The notes beneath the pieces are model-generated. The model saw only the letters and a list, made by a program, of their open reading frames with translations, had not been told where the DNA came from and did no database searches. From assembly GCA_001179505.1 (NCBI GenBank), contig CDMY01000281.1, forward strand, positions 72,784-136,579: 63,796 bases of DNA, given 5' to 3'. Shown here in pieces: positions 1 to 12,620 of this stretch (position 1 is its first letter; every line of letters starts with the position of its first letter). Made by a program: the position numbers and the translations under genes. This DNA comes from Vitrella brassicaformis CCMP3155. Lineage: Eukaryota; Protista; Chromerida.

Positions 1-80
1 ACAGCCCCCCCCCCCCCCTCCCCACACACACATGGACACGCAGAAACCTAGGGGGTTGCTGTTGTCTACTGATTTGTTAG

Positions 81-424
81 TGCGTACGCATCGGTATCTG
101 CCGCCCGAAACCGAATCGCCCGACTCGAGCACGGTGTCGGGGGAGGCGGCCGATGACGTCCAGACGGGCGCCAGCAGGGCGTGGGCACGATCACAGCTGG
201 TGCCCTCAAACACACCCGTGTGGCTTTTGAGCGTGGGGCTGTATACGCCCGGCCGGCCGCCAGACCCCCCTCTGGCGCCGGGGGCCAACCTGGGCATCCT
301 GGAGCTAGAGATGGAGGGCGGCGCCGACACTCTCACCATCCTGACGCTGGACGTCACTTTCAACGGTGAGGGAGGGAGAGCGACCGATCCGATAGATATG
401 CACAGCCAGGGCAGGCTTCCGACA

Positions 425-457
<33 letters not shown>

Positions 458-1927
458 CGTGTGTTTTGCAGACGACATTGCCCAGTCCACGGTCAACGAG
501 GCGACAATGACGTGGATGGTGCGTCACCTCCGGCAGCTGGCGGGAGTGAGTGATGCCAAGGACGAGAATGCCGCTGCAAAGGAGGACAAGGAAGCGGCGC
601 AGCAGCCGATGATCCCCTCATGTGACCTTCGCAGCCTCTTCTTCTGCGGCGCGCGGCCGGCAGTCGACACATCGCCGGCCAGCGCCACAGGCGGCTCCCG
701 ACAGAGGCTCGGGCCAAGGATTGACTTCAACCAGCCGCCGCACCCCCTGCCCTTCACCCTCCCCACTCCGTCCACACGCCGCTACCCCGGGCCCTTCGTG
801 GACGTGGACATCCACAACGTGCCTCTCCCTCCCGTCGACTCGCCCGTCCCCTCAGCCGTCACTGCAATGAGCGATGACCTCTCCCCGCCGCCCAGTGAGC
901 AGATGCCGTTCGGAACAAGCTTGCGGGAACCCAGGCGGCCGCCGAGAGGCGAGATCGAGGGCGAGGAGGGGGAGGGTGCAGGGGAGAGTGAGATCCCTGA
1001 AGGTGAGGGCGACGTGGGCGACGCTGAGGAGAAGCTCGGAGACACTCTATTGCCCAGGCCGCGGTCGGCGTACCCCCGCGCTCCAGGGATGCCATCTTGG
1101 AGGCGGGGGTACGAGACGCCGACCACCAAGGCGCCGTCACTATTCGTGGGAGACCTCACCCTCGACTCGCAACGGTCGTCAAGGATGTCCACCCACACAC
1201 CAGGGGAGGCGGCGACGGGGGCCGTGCCGACCGGTCCCAATGCCCGGCAGGAGAGCCTACCCTGCCATTTGATCTATCTGTCGTGCTGCGTGGGGCTGGC
1301 CGGCCCTGTGGACCACGCGAGGCTGATAGAGGGGTCCGGCCGGCGGCGGCGGCGCGACGGCGACCGGTACGAGTGGAAGATCTCTGACTCCCACTCACCT
1401 GTGTCGCGGAATGGCGACAGGATGGCCAACATCGAAGACCTCACCTCGCCAATACCGTAAGTAACCACCTCACCACGCCAGCCACACCAAACGACACGAC
1501 CCAGAACAACGAACGATCCACCGTCTTGTCTGTCTTGTGTGTTGCCTGCAGGATTGAGGGGGCCATGGGGCCGTGGTCTCCCGGACCGTGGAGCCCTGTG
1601 GGTCGGCCGCGGAAGGCGCCCCCGCTGACGGAGAGCTCGGGGTACATGTCATGGAAAGGGGCCAGGAGGGAGGCGGACGAGCAGATGTCGCCGCTGTCGC
1701 CCTCGATGGAGCAGCGCATCCCCAGCATCGCCACACTCACTGTCGAAGTGGCCGTCAAAAGCGACTGGTACGTGGGGAGGGAAGCCATGGACGGACGTGA
1801 TTTGTGGATGGATGGACCATCTGTCTGTCTGTCTGTCTGTCTGTGTGGTGTGTGTGGTGTCAGGGAGAATGAGAGTGAGCTTCAGGGAGGGAACCTCAGC
1901 GGCAGCATGCCGTCCACACCGAGATGA
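81..1927 (+). CDS. 3' part of a spliced hypothetical protein, Pro/Ser/Arg-rich C-terminus; 5' end outside the window
   Basis: Exons at about 81-365, 471-1457, 1551-1768 and 1864-1927 are bounded by GT..AG introns with (GT)n/(GTCT)n tracts. They join into one frame ending TGA at 1927. No domain recognised. Confidence 0.6.
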
Positions 1928-1929
1928 AC

Positions 1930-4700
1930 GAATCGATGAGTCGAAGAGTCAGTGAGTGAGTGAGTGTGTCTGATGAGTGAGTGAGGCAGGCGGCCAGTCC
2001 ATCCATCCATGCCGTGCCCGTGGGTTCCCATGGGTGTGGTGTGAGGTGAGAGGGCGGGGCAGACAGATTGCGCGCGGCCCTCAGGCTCTTTTTCGTACGC
2101 TCACTACACATACACACAGGCCTTTTTCAACCATCCCACACACCTCACACACCCCACACACCAACACAGCGCAGCACAGAGAGCACAGAGAGTCTCTGGC
2201 GCGCTGTGCTCGTGTTGCGTGTCTGTCTGTCTGTCTGCTGGTCCCTCTGTCTGTCTGTCTGTCTGTCTGTCCATCTGTCGATTGCGTACTTGGGTGTGTA
2301 GACCGTAGCAAAGACTCCGCGCGAAATGCACGTGGCGGGCATTTGCGCAATTAGACCAACCGACCGACCGAATGAATTGGCAGGAGACGAGGGAGACGGG
2401 AGCGAGCGAGATCAGCTGGTGTATTTCACAGCATCGATCGACAGGGTGGAGGGAGGGATGGCCGCTTGCGATAGATGGGCAGGCAGAAAGGTCTCCGTCT
2501 GTCGAGCGGGCGAGCGGACGGGCGGCAAGTGCTTTGTCGTTTTGTACTTGTGTGCATCATTGATCGATCCATCTGTCCATCCGTCCATCCATCCATGCAT
2601 GCATGCGGCGTTCATTCGTTTCTGGGTCTTTTCCCCCGTCTGCCTGTCTGTCTGCCTGTCTGTCTGTCTGTCTGCCTGTCTGTCTGTCTGCCTGTCTGTC
2701 TGTCTTAATACCAGCTGCTTCGCTTCACTGACTGATCCATGCATGATTCGTTGGGTCCCTACCTCCTTCTCTGTTGGTATCCTTCTCTCCGTGTGCTGTG
2801 TGGTGTCGTTATGGGGGATGGGGTGGGGTGTGAGTTTTGTCACTGACGGTCGATTCTCTGTCTAACCTCCATCCACATGGCTGGCTGGCTGCTGGCTTGG
2901 CTGCCCTGCCCCCAGAGGGAATGGATGGATGGATGGATGGGTGGATGGAGGTGGAATGCTTTCAATGTGATGTGCGCGTGGCGGGTGGAGGGAGGGGGGG
3001 AGGGAGGGATGGTGCTGCCCTAAACCTTGTGTCCCTGTGTGTGTGTGTGTGTGGATACCTCTGTGCATTTCGGCCGCTCTCTTACATACAAACAAGCATA
3101 CCTTCTACACTCTCGCTGACCACACGGACGGGCACATTTGGTTATCCCTCCCTCTCATTCTCCTTCTCTCTGCCTGTCTGCCTGTCTTCCTGCCTGTGTG
3201 TGTGTGTGCATGATTGCCTTTATCAGTCAGTCTGTCTGTCTGTCTGATTGCGTGGCATTGAATGCACTGCATGGTTCCATGAGCGTCTCGTGTGTTTAGT
3301 GTGTGATCTGTGCGATGGATGGATGGATGAGCATGCCCTGCAGAGGTGCAGCAATGCGTTGTCTGTCTCTCTCCCTCTCTCCCTTCCTCTCTCCCTCCCT
3401 CTCTCTCTGTGTCCATTCTAAGTCTTTTCTCGCTCGCTGTCCGGCACGTCACATCACGTCTATCTGCCCGTCAGTCAGTCTGTCTGTCTGTCTGTCTCGG
3501 CTTGCAGCAATGTGCCAGGCGACAGGTGCACCATAGACAGCATTTCTGTCACCACCCGGCAGGCAGGCAGGGACAGCCGTCATTGCTGTCCTTCTTGCCA
3601 TCCATCCATCCATCCATCCCATTCCACGTCACTCCATGTATGGGTCTTGCTTGCTTCCGTGTCTAATTGATCAGTCAGTGGTCTTGCTTACTTGTGTGTG
3701 TACTGTCTACACAGACACACAACACATACATGCATACGTACAATTGTGATGGATTTGTTTGGAGTGGCATGGCATGGCATGGCATGGGCGAGTCGATATC
3801 GCACGCAGCCCATCGTACGTCACGGCGACGTGTCTGTCGTAGGAACTCAGCAACTACTCACTCAGTCAGTACACAGTACACTCTCACGTATGGTTGGTAT
3901 GGGCGTACGCGTCACCATTTTTATTTATCGGCTACATGAATGGATGGATGTGTGGTCAATGGTCAATGGTCAATGGCTGCATGCGCTGTGTGTTGCATTC
4001 CATTGGGGGAGGGGAGGGGCGGGCTGGGTGGCTGTGTGTGCGTGAGGGTATCCATCTCATGTCATCTCATGTCATCTCATCTCTCTTGCAAGCAAGTGTG
4101 TCTGCTGTGTAAGAGTGTGTGACACTGTGTGTGTGTGTGATTGTTTGCCTATGTATGCGTGTATGCGTGTATGCCCGCCCGTATTGTATGTGCGCCTTAG
4201 TGTCTGTCTGTCTGTCTGTCTGCCTGCGTGTGCGTGTGCCACAATGCCATGGATCCATGGCCAGGTGAGCCTGCCTTCAAAGCGAGAGGGAGGGCGCCTG
4301 CGCGTACTTACATCACATTCCATTCCATTCCATAACATGTGTGGTCGTCGGTCGATCAGTGTGTGTGCCTGCGGGGGGGCCGGGTGGATTGGTACCTGTA
4401 GGCCTCGGTAGGTGGTATTGATTGCTTGACGCCCCGCCCCCCAGCGAGATCTGTAAGGACGGACGGACGAACAGGTGCAAGGCAAGGCAAGGCAAGGCAA
4501 GGCGGGGCGGGGCGTGTGTGGTCGTATACATCGTACGTACGTGTAGGTCTCTATCTGTGTGTGTACCTTACGGACGGGCGGACGGATGGACGCTCTACCA
4601 CACACACATGGCATTGCACAAGACAGTCAAGCTGTCGATGAATGGATGGATGGATGGAACAATATTGTCTTGGCCATCATCATCAGCAAAGTGATCCCGA
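1930..4700. repeat. Microsatellite-dense non-coding region
   Basis: Runs of (GTCT)n, (GGAT)n, (GT)n, (GGCAA)n and (TGGCA)n. The ORFs here translate to repetitive VCLSVC/TDRQTD artefacts. Confidence 0.7.
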
Positions 4701-4836
4701 CTCTGTGGTGTCGATCCAGAAACTTTATTGATGGACACCGAAATCCGAGCAATCGCGGCCCAACTACTAATTCGCATGCATGCACGCCGCGTGGGGGGCC
4801 CACCGTCTCCGTATTTGCGTGGTAGCACACCAAGCC

Positions 4837-5727
4837 ATGCAGATCCCTCAGAGCATCGCTGCTGCTGCGGCCATCCTGATTGTTGCCTCCATCACCCCGT
4901 CTGAGGGCGCTTTAACTCGACACGACGTTAACGCCGCCAGGCCCGTGAAGTTCCGTCAAGGTGAGCAGTTCCTGCAGGGGATGCGTGTGTCTCGTCTTTG
5001 AATGAATGGTGGGTGGGTGCAGCGTTGACGCAGAGGCTCGGGTCTCACGGCGATGGCATTGCCACCGACACTGTCAGCAGCATCCTGCAGAACGGCACAG
5101 GTGCGCCACCGCGTCTCGTCTCAGAGCTTCTGATGGTCAGATGGATGGGCGCGTGTTGCCGTGTGTGCAGCTGAGCAAGAATGGACGCTCGACTGCAGTG
5201 GACACACACGTGAGCTCATGGGGGAGAGAGTGAGTGAGGCACCCTTCCAACAGCTGCCATCTCTGGTTGCAATGCGCGACATCAGGTTGCTCTCTGTCCG
5301 AGCCATGCACGGCGGGTGCCGGAGGAGACATGTTTGAGATGTTCCAGGAGTGCTACACCAAAAAGACTTTCCTAGACGTGCTGACCGACAAGTTCCGCGG
5401 GGCCATCAAGGACGGCAGTGCGCTGACTCTGAGGCAGCAGGTAAGAGCATCTATCGATCATGCTCGTCTTGAGCAATGTTTCCGGATGTCTGTACGTGTG
5501 GGTGTGTATGCGTCAGTGCACCCGTGCAAGCCGCAAGAAGGCCACTGACCAGTACTTCAAGGCCCTTCAGGTGAGCTCGTACCAGTGTGTGTGAGGACGC
5601 GCTCTGTGTCTCTGTCTCGTGTCAGATGAGTGAACACTACAACGGCTCCTACTACAGAAGAGCTCTGGGTCAGATCGATTCCGTCTTTGCCGACTGCGAG
5701 TGCTGCATCAAGGAGACGGCAGTCTGA
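4837..5727 (+). CDS. Small secreted Cys-containing orphan protein
   Basis: Signal-peptide-like start MQIPQSIAAAAAILIVASITPSEG. Six exons join in frame (ALTQRLGSH.., EQEWTLDCSGH, RCSLSEPC..LRQQ, CTRASRKK..ALQ, MSEHYNG..CECCIKETAV*). Confidence 0.65.
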
Positions 5728-6304
5728 CCAACTGACTGATTGAACAAGAGCCTCAAGGGCGGGCAAACAGACCGACCCGACATTAATTCTCAAGTTACAT
5801 GCACAACAGAATCTTATCCTTATCGACAGACACTGTTCGAGAGACATTGGGTCAGCTCAAAGGGAAGGAGGAAGTGCCAGTCTGTCAGACATTGCCTTGC
5901 ATCGCACAACACCAGAGGACAGCTCCTGTCACCAACCAGGAGCCACGGCCAAGCGTGAGTGACCACCCCTCCCTCCAGATCTCTGTGCGCGTGCAGAAAT
6001 CAACGCAACGAGGGAGGGGAAAAACTTCGGTGCGCACACCGGTCGATGACCGATCGTATGAGCGTTAGTCGGGACCCCCCCTCCCCACCCCGTCGTCAGC
6101 CAGCTACCACAGTAAGTACGTCACACACAACACTTACTAACAGTCACCCTCTACCGACAGACAATACAGTTCGTTCTCCAAAGCACCACATGTAAGACCT
6201 GGCCTGGCCACCGATACATCAGAAAAACTCGTGCACTTGAAATACCCGGACGTTGCCATGCCACAGACATACTCATGAGCCAAAAAACCGCTCCGAGTGG
6301 TCAG

Positions 6305-7837
6305 TCAGTAAGTGAAGCTCTCCGTCATGATTCGGTCGGACGGCATGCCGCATCTCGCGAGCGTCGCCGTGACCTCCTCCATGAAGGTCTCTGCCCCACA
6401 CACACCCACAGCTGCTGTCGCTGTCAGTGGTCTCCTCAGACCCTCCGGTGGTGTCGTAGATGTACTCGATGGGCCGCATGCACCTGCCCGCCCACATGAG
6501 CAGCCCGCCCCTCTCCATGACCCGCCTAATGCAGCCCTCGTCGCCGCCCATCTCGCCAGCAGACCCACAGCCGCCTCCCGGGCCTTGCAGGTACACGCCG
6601 CCCAGCCTCTCTGCCACTCGCTGCACCCGGCCCTTGTCAGCTCGCGTGATGGCCAGCGCCACAACCAGCTTGAACGGCAGGCTGCCGCTGTCGTCTTGGT
6701 CTTGCTGGTCTGCGAGCAGCTCGAGCAGCTCCTGGAAGAACGGAATGCTGGTGATCGATCGCGAGAAGTGCAGGTAGACAACAGTGCCCCTGTAATTGCC
6801 AGCCGAGAGGAGGCCGCGCAAAGAGGCGATGCATGGCGTGGCGCCCACGCCGGCAGAGAGGAGCATGACGGCTGGTGAGTGGTGCTGGGGGGCCGGGGGG
6901 ACGAGGGAGGGGCGCAGCTCCGGGGGGTGGTTGGGGGATGCCGGCCATGCAGAGAACAGACTGAACTCTCTGTTTATTTAATGAAACCAACACGACAGAC
7001 AGATTGCGAGTGAAGTGAGTCCCTCCCTGTGTGTGGCCCATCCACTCACTCCCTCACTCACCCAGCGATTCCGTCCATCTGGAGTGTGTGTCCCTCCTTG
7101 AGCATGGGGTGCATCTTGGGCGTGATCAGCCCGCCCTCCTGCCGACGCACCGATATCTCCACCCACCGCTGCCCCGCCGACACGATCACCGAACTGATCG
7201 TCCACGTTCGCACCACCTGGCCGCCATCACACCACACAACACAACACAACACAGCCCGCCACTGCATCACTCCCTCCCTCCAGCCACGGCAGTCAGTCTC
7301 TCTCACCTTGTCTGTGAGCCCCCAGCCCAGGTTGATGTCAGGGCCGAATGAGAAGATGGCGTACTGGCCAGGGAGGTGGGCCAGCGTGCCCTCGCCCTCC
7401 ACTAGCAGCCGGAAGGTGCGGATGTCGGGCGTCTCGGGGCGAACGCCCACAACCGTCGCCTTCTTCGGCCACTTGGACGCCGACCCCTCTCCGTCAACCT
7501 GACCCATCTCTGTAGGTAGAAGGATGAGATGACAGAGGCACCACACACACACACACACACACATTGGTACAGGTGCAGTCGGCTGTGCACCACACCCACG
7601 CACCCATCTTTGCGAATGAGTGCCACTTGCGCCACGGCCTTGTCAGTGACGGCAAAGTTGTACGGCGAGTAGTCGAGGAACGTCCACTTGAGGGGCAGCG
7701 GGGGCAGCAGGCGGCCCTCTTCGAGCGTGACTCTGACGGCCCTCTGTGCGCCCGGCAGGTGGGCGATGGACGACGGCTCCGTGATGATCTCTGCACGGCC
7801 CGTCAGCTGCAGCATGGCGCCACTCCTGACACACACA

Positions 7838-7871
<34 letters not shown>

Positions 7872-9157
7872 TATGGATGGATGACGCACGCACCGCGGGT
7901 ACTGACCTGAAGTCCACAACGAGTATTCCGGCCATTGGGACAACGACCAAGTTGCCGAGCGTCTACGTAAACACACACACACACACACACACACACATTG
8001 GAGCAGGCGCAAACAAAGAGCCCACACACATGCCAAGCAAGGCAGCTACGTTGAAGTGAAAGTTGCCGGTATAGTCGGGCCACTGGAATGTCCGCTCATC
8101 CAGCATCTCAATGAACCCGGGGCTTCCGCCTCGGTGCGACATGTCAACGCCCACACGTGGGTCGGCCATGTCTGCACCGCACCACAACGCCCCGCCCACA
8201 GACAGACAACACACAGTGAGAGAGAATCCACAATCTCTGTGTCTGCCGCCCGTGTGTGTGTTGCCGACCTGCTTGTGGAGTGACGTTAGTGCTGGCGATC
8301 CAGAAGCAGTCGGCGAGTGTGAGCATCTTGGTGTGCAGCGGGCTGAAGGTCGTGAAAGACTCCACAGACGCGCCGCTGCCGGCCGCTGCCGAAGCATCGT
8401 ACTGCACAAACAGCAAAAGGACACACAACAAATCTACAGATCTCCGGGCCTCGTGGTATCTGTGCTCGTGTGACCGACCTGTCCGAGCCGGGCGGTGATG
8501 TATTTCGGGCAGTTGCCGAAGCTCACGTCGGCCTCCATGCCCCATCTCCCCTCACCCACACCCACGATGGTCCCATTCAGCCGATTCCGGCGCCGCGTGT
8601 GGAGCTCCTGGCTCAGCACGCCCACCTTGCCTCCTTCTTTGACGCTCTCGGCGAAGACGTCCCCCTCGGCCACCGTTGACGTGAACTGCAGCTGTGTGGG
8701 CGAGCGGCCTTTGATGAAGCCTGGCGGCCCTGCGAGCATTGACGCCCATGGGCGGCCTTTAGTGTCCTGTGTGCCGACGAGTATGTAGGGGAGCTTCTCG
8801 TAGAGCTCGATGTGCTGCGGAGGGATGAAGCGACGGTTGACGATGCGACCGAAGTCCTGAGGGGAGGGCACCCACACACACGCAAAGGACGATGTCACTG
8901 GTGCGTGTGTTGTGCTGTGCCGCGCTGCGTTTGGCTTACTTGCAGCTTGTGGAACTCCTCAGCGGGCATGAACTGTTGCTGCAGCTGACGCTCGGCGTCC
9001 TGCACAGATATGACGGACAGACAGACAGGCAGGCACAGTTGGTGCGTGTTAGGTGTAGTTTATGTGTGTGCTGTGCCTGTCTGTGCGTGTGTACGTGGAA
9101 CGGTGACGGCGTTGCGGGGTCTTTGTAGTCCCATCTGTACGTCTGCACCAGCGCCAT
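6305..9157 (-). CDS. Pyridoxamine 5'-phosphate oxidase-like (FMN split-barrel x2) fused to an FNR-type FAD/NAD(P)-binding oxidoreductase
   Basis: Motifs GRPWASMLAGPPGF, RRRNRLNG, SFGNCPKYI, DMSHRGGSPGF, WPDYTGN, HLPGQY, RTWTISS, LSAGVGATP and terminal CGAETFM..RIMTESFTY. There is a frame discontinuity near 6400 (see findings). Confidence 0.85.
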
Positions 9158-9400
9158 GATCTCGTTCTCCTCTCAGCCAGTCAGTTGGTTCAGATGTGAC
9201 TTCAACAAATGGCCCTCTCTCGGACGAGATGCCAACACGAGTCAATATCTTCTCGCTTGCTGATATAGCAGCCGCCCTGTCCTGACCGCAGCATCATCTT
9301 CCTCCCTCCTTTCGTCTCGTCACAAAGGAGCCTTTGACGATCCTGGCACAGACGCACCCCGGCCGCGCCTCCCTGGCCGTGTTTAAGAAATTAAGCCGCC

Positions 9401-12102
9401 ATGTGGTCGCCGGCGGTGTGGTTAGCGTTGGTCATCGCTCCGTTGATGTCGGTTCGGTGCGCTCCTCCACAGAGCGTGAAGCCAGGGGGGCTACGTGCGT
9501 CAGATGAGTGCAGCAAGCCGGTGTGGCAAGATCTGGCCGATGAGATGGGGACGATGGTCGCCATGCTGAAAACGAAGCAACTCGCGCAGTTGACGGTGAG
9601 CTGATTCGGTGTGATGGAGAGGGAGAGATGAGAGATCCACTTCCTCATTCAGTTCATTCTCTGTGTGCTGTGCTGTGCTGTGTCAGCGTCGGTTGAGTGA
9701 GTGGCTGTATCGGCTTGTCGGCAGCACACGTGTGGCCTTTGAGTGTGGCACGGCCGTGGCGGCCCTGTTCAACCTCCTCACACACACATACACACAGCAG
9801 GCAAGCCCACCCAGCGCCTGTGCCACGGGCGCCTCTGTGTACTGTATGTGTCGGTGTCTTTGGCCATGCATCATGATGTCTGTCTGCAGGGTCTCTATGT
9901 GCGCGCCCTCCGCACCATGCAGCTGGCCGTGGCCTTTGCCGCAATGGACTACCAGAACAAAGGCATGGACCACACACGCGTGTGCCGTTGTCGTTGGTTG
10001 GACCTGTGTGTGTGTGTGTGTGTGTGTCGGTGCGGTGGGTTGGTGGATGGTTTCTCAGGTGAGGAGTACGTTGACCGTTCTCCGTGGCCGGTGCAGTGGC
10101 TGACGCTGACGGAGGACGTCCAGAAGCTCAAAATGCTCCTCCACCAGGTGAGGTGACTTGCGCGACCAGAACTGAGTGAGCACCACAGCCTGCCTGACGG
10201 CACTCACTCGTTCATCAGATAGAAGCAGACGCCCAGCCGTGGCGCGCCCAGCCACTGACAGAGAGCTTAGGTAGGTACAAAACTGATATACCCAAAAAGT
10301 CATTCGATGGATGGCATACCGTTTTCTCGTCTCTAGCAGAGGAGCGTTCTTCTCTTTCGTCGTCGTCGGCGGCCAACTTGAGCATCAGCATCGCGACGGT
10401 GTGCGAGTACGACAGGAGGGTGACCCGGCTGGCTGAGTGGTCGCTCGCCAACAAGAAGGCCTACGCCGACGCGCACGGCTACCACCTCACACACCACACA
10501 CACAGCCCCACCCTCAACCTCACCATCGACGGTACTGAAGTGACTTGACTCACTCACTCGACACACACGCACACGCACCCCATATACTTCCGCTCTTGCT
10601 TGTGCTGCATGCAGATGGCGCCCCTCCCGCCGACCGCCCAGCCGCCTGGGGCAAGGTCGACGCCGTGCTGGGTGAGCTGCTCACGGGCCAGTACGACTGG
10701 GTGGTGTGGATGGACTGCGACGCCTTCATCCACAACCCCGCCATCCGCGTACAAGACCTCATCCATCGGGCAGGCGGGCAGACGGGAAAGCTGGCTGGGG
10801 AGGAGTTTGGCCGGATTGCTCGGCGGTTTGGCCGATGCACCACCACCAGTACCACCAGCGGCAGCAGCGGCGGCAGGAAGGGTGTGAGTGGTGGCGTGAC
10901 GACCGTCAAGTGTGACGGCGGGTGCGGGGCTGGGCTTGGGGCTGGGCTTGGGGCTGGGCTTGGGGGTGGGAAGGCGTGTGACGTGGCTGCTGCATCGGTT
11001 TGGGCGTCTGCGAATGGAGAGGCAAAAAGGTGTGCCAGCACAGCGCACAGCCAGGAGGCAGGACAGAGTGCATCCATTCCATCTGTCTGTCTGTGGTCGT
11101 GCTTGTGTGTGTGTGCTGCAGTGGTGGTGGGCCTGTGTGGGAGCCCCTGCAGCTGTTTGACCACCAGCAGGTCAGTCAGGTGCTGTGCTGCGGGTGAAGC
11201 GACTGCCTGTGTGTGTCCAGCAAAACAAATGCGACCACTGCCCTGCCGCTTTGGCTTTCCACAGGTTGAGCTGATCGCATCTGAGGACGGCCTGATGCTC
11301 AACACAGGCACTGCGTCTCACAACAAGGAAGCTCTGGTGGACACGTGTCGGTGTGTGCGGTTAGTGCCTGCAGGTGTGTGGATGGTTCGGGCCTCCGAGT
11401 GGTCGGCGTCTTTGCTACAGGGTGTGCGGGCGATGACCTTCGCCGACAACCCCGTGACACGCCACCCCTGGTGGGAACAAACCGCTATGGTAAGTGAGAA
11501 TCAACACGCCAACAAAAACACACACTTCTCCTTGACTGAATTCCGTCTGACAGCTGTATTTGCTGTTGCTTCCGTTCGTTCTGGCGGCTGCCAGCCGTCA
11601 CGACACAAAGCCGGCGGACCACACACACGAAGGTTGGTCACCCACCCACTCACAGCCCGAGAGAGAGAGAGACAAGTCTCACTCACTCATCAGTCAGTCA
11701 ATTTGCGTTGGGTTTGTGTGTGTGGTGTGGTCACTGTGGTGCCAGACGGGTGGGGCTTCGCGCCGAGTGTCCGGCTGCTGCCCCAGCGGCACATCAACTC
11801 CTACCCCCCACTCATCGCCAGCAAACTCGCCTCACACGCACACGTCGATGAGGTATATGCGTCAGTGGGAGGGAGCCTTGGCGAGTTGGTGTAGATGTGT
11901 CTGCCTGTGCGTGTATGTCTGTGTGTCTGTCTGTCTGTCTGTCTGTGTGTCTGTGTGTGTGTGTGATCAGGGTGACTGGATCGTGGCCTTCAATGGGTGC
12001 AGGGTATACTCGTCCCAGGAGGTGTGCAACGCCTTGTTTGAGAGCTACTACCACCGGGCGAAGGCGAAGCTAGAGAGGTGGAAGCAGGAGCGGAAGGTTT
12101 AG
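9401..12102 (+). CDS. Glycosyltransferase family 34 (GMA12/MNN10-like) with signal/anchor and N-terminal extension
   Basis: NKKAYADAHGY, WGKVDAV, YDWVVWMDCDAFI (DxD), SEDGLMLNTGVWMVRASEWS, WWEQTAM, HINSYP, GDWIVAFNGC. Confidence 0.88.
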
Positions 12103-12620
12103 GAGCACCAGGGCCTTGAACGAAACCATCGGACAAACACACCGATTTGTGTGTGTGTGTGTGTGTGTGAGCGTGTGAGCGTGTCGGTCTCTCGGATCAT
12201 GAGTCACATCGCGTTAACACACAGAGTCCCCAAGTAGTAATCTTTGCCACAAATCGCACAGACAGCCATCTATATCCCTCAATCTCTCACTGACTGAAAA
12301 AAGACAACGGCCGGCCCTTTGACTGTGAGTGGTCATGCCCACCCCCGTCCATCGCTCGGCTGGCCACTGACTGAGTGTATCCTACAGCGCATCGGTAGCA
12401 AAAAGTGCCCGCACCAAAGTCGCCCCCCCCCACACACACACACGACCACCCGAGAGGGGCATGCATGGCACACAACACACATGAGAAAGAAACCACACAC
12501 ACACACACACACACTCAGGCCGTTCCTCCACTTGGAGGCCCCAAACCCTGAGTGCGTGCCGTGCACATGAGCAAACAGCACTGGCGGACACCTGCCTGCC
12601 CACCGAGACACACATCACAT

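Noticed and set aside
1930-4700. Many 60-180 aa ORFs (VCLSVC, TDRQTD, HPSIHP, WMDGWM)
   Set aside because: These are translations of microsatellites with no codon-like content. The same artefact recurs in nearly every intron.
4777-4784. TGCATGCA (ApiAP2-type motif) upstream of the secreted gene; also near 2596
   Set aside because: It is part of (GCAT)n simple repeats, which are common here, so it cannot be distinguished from background.
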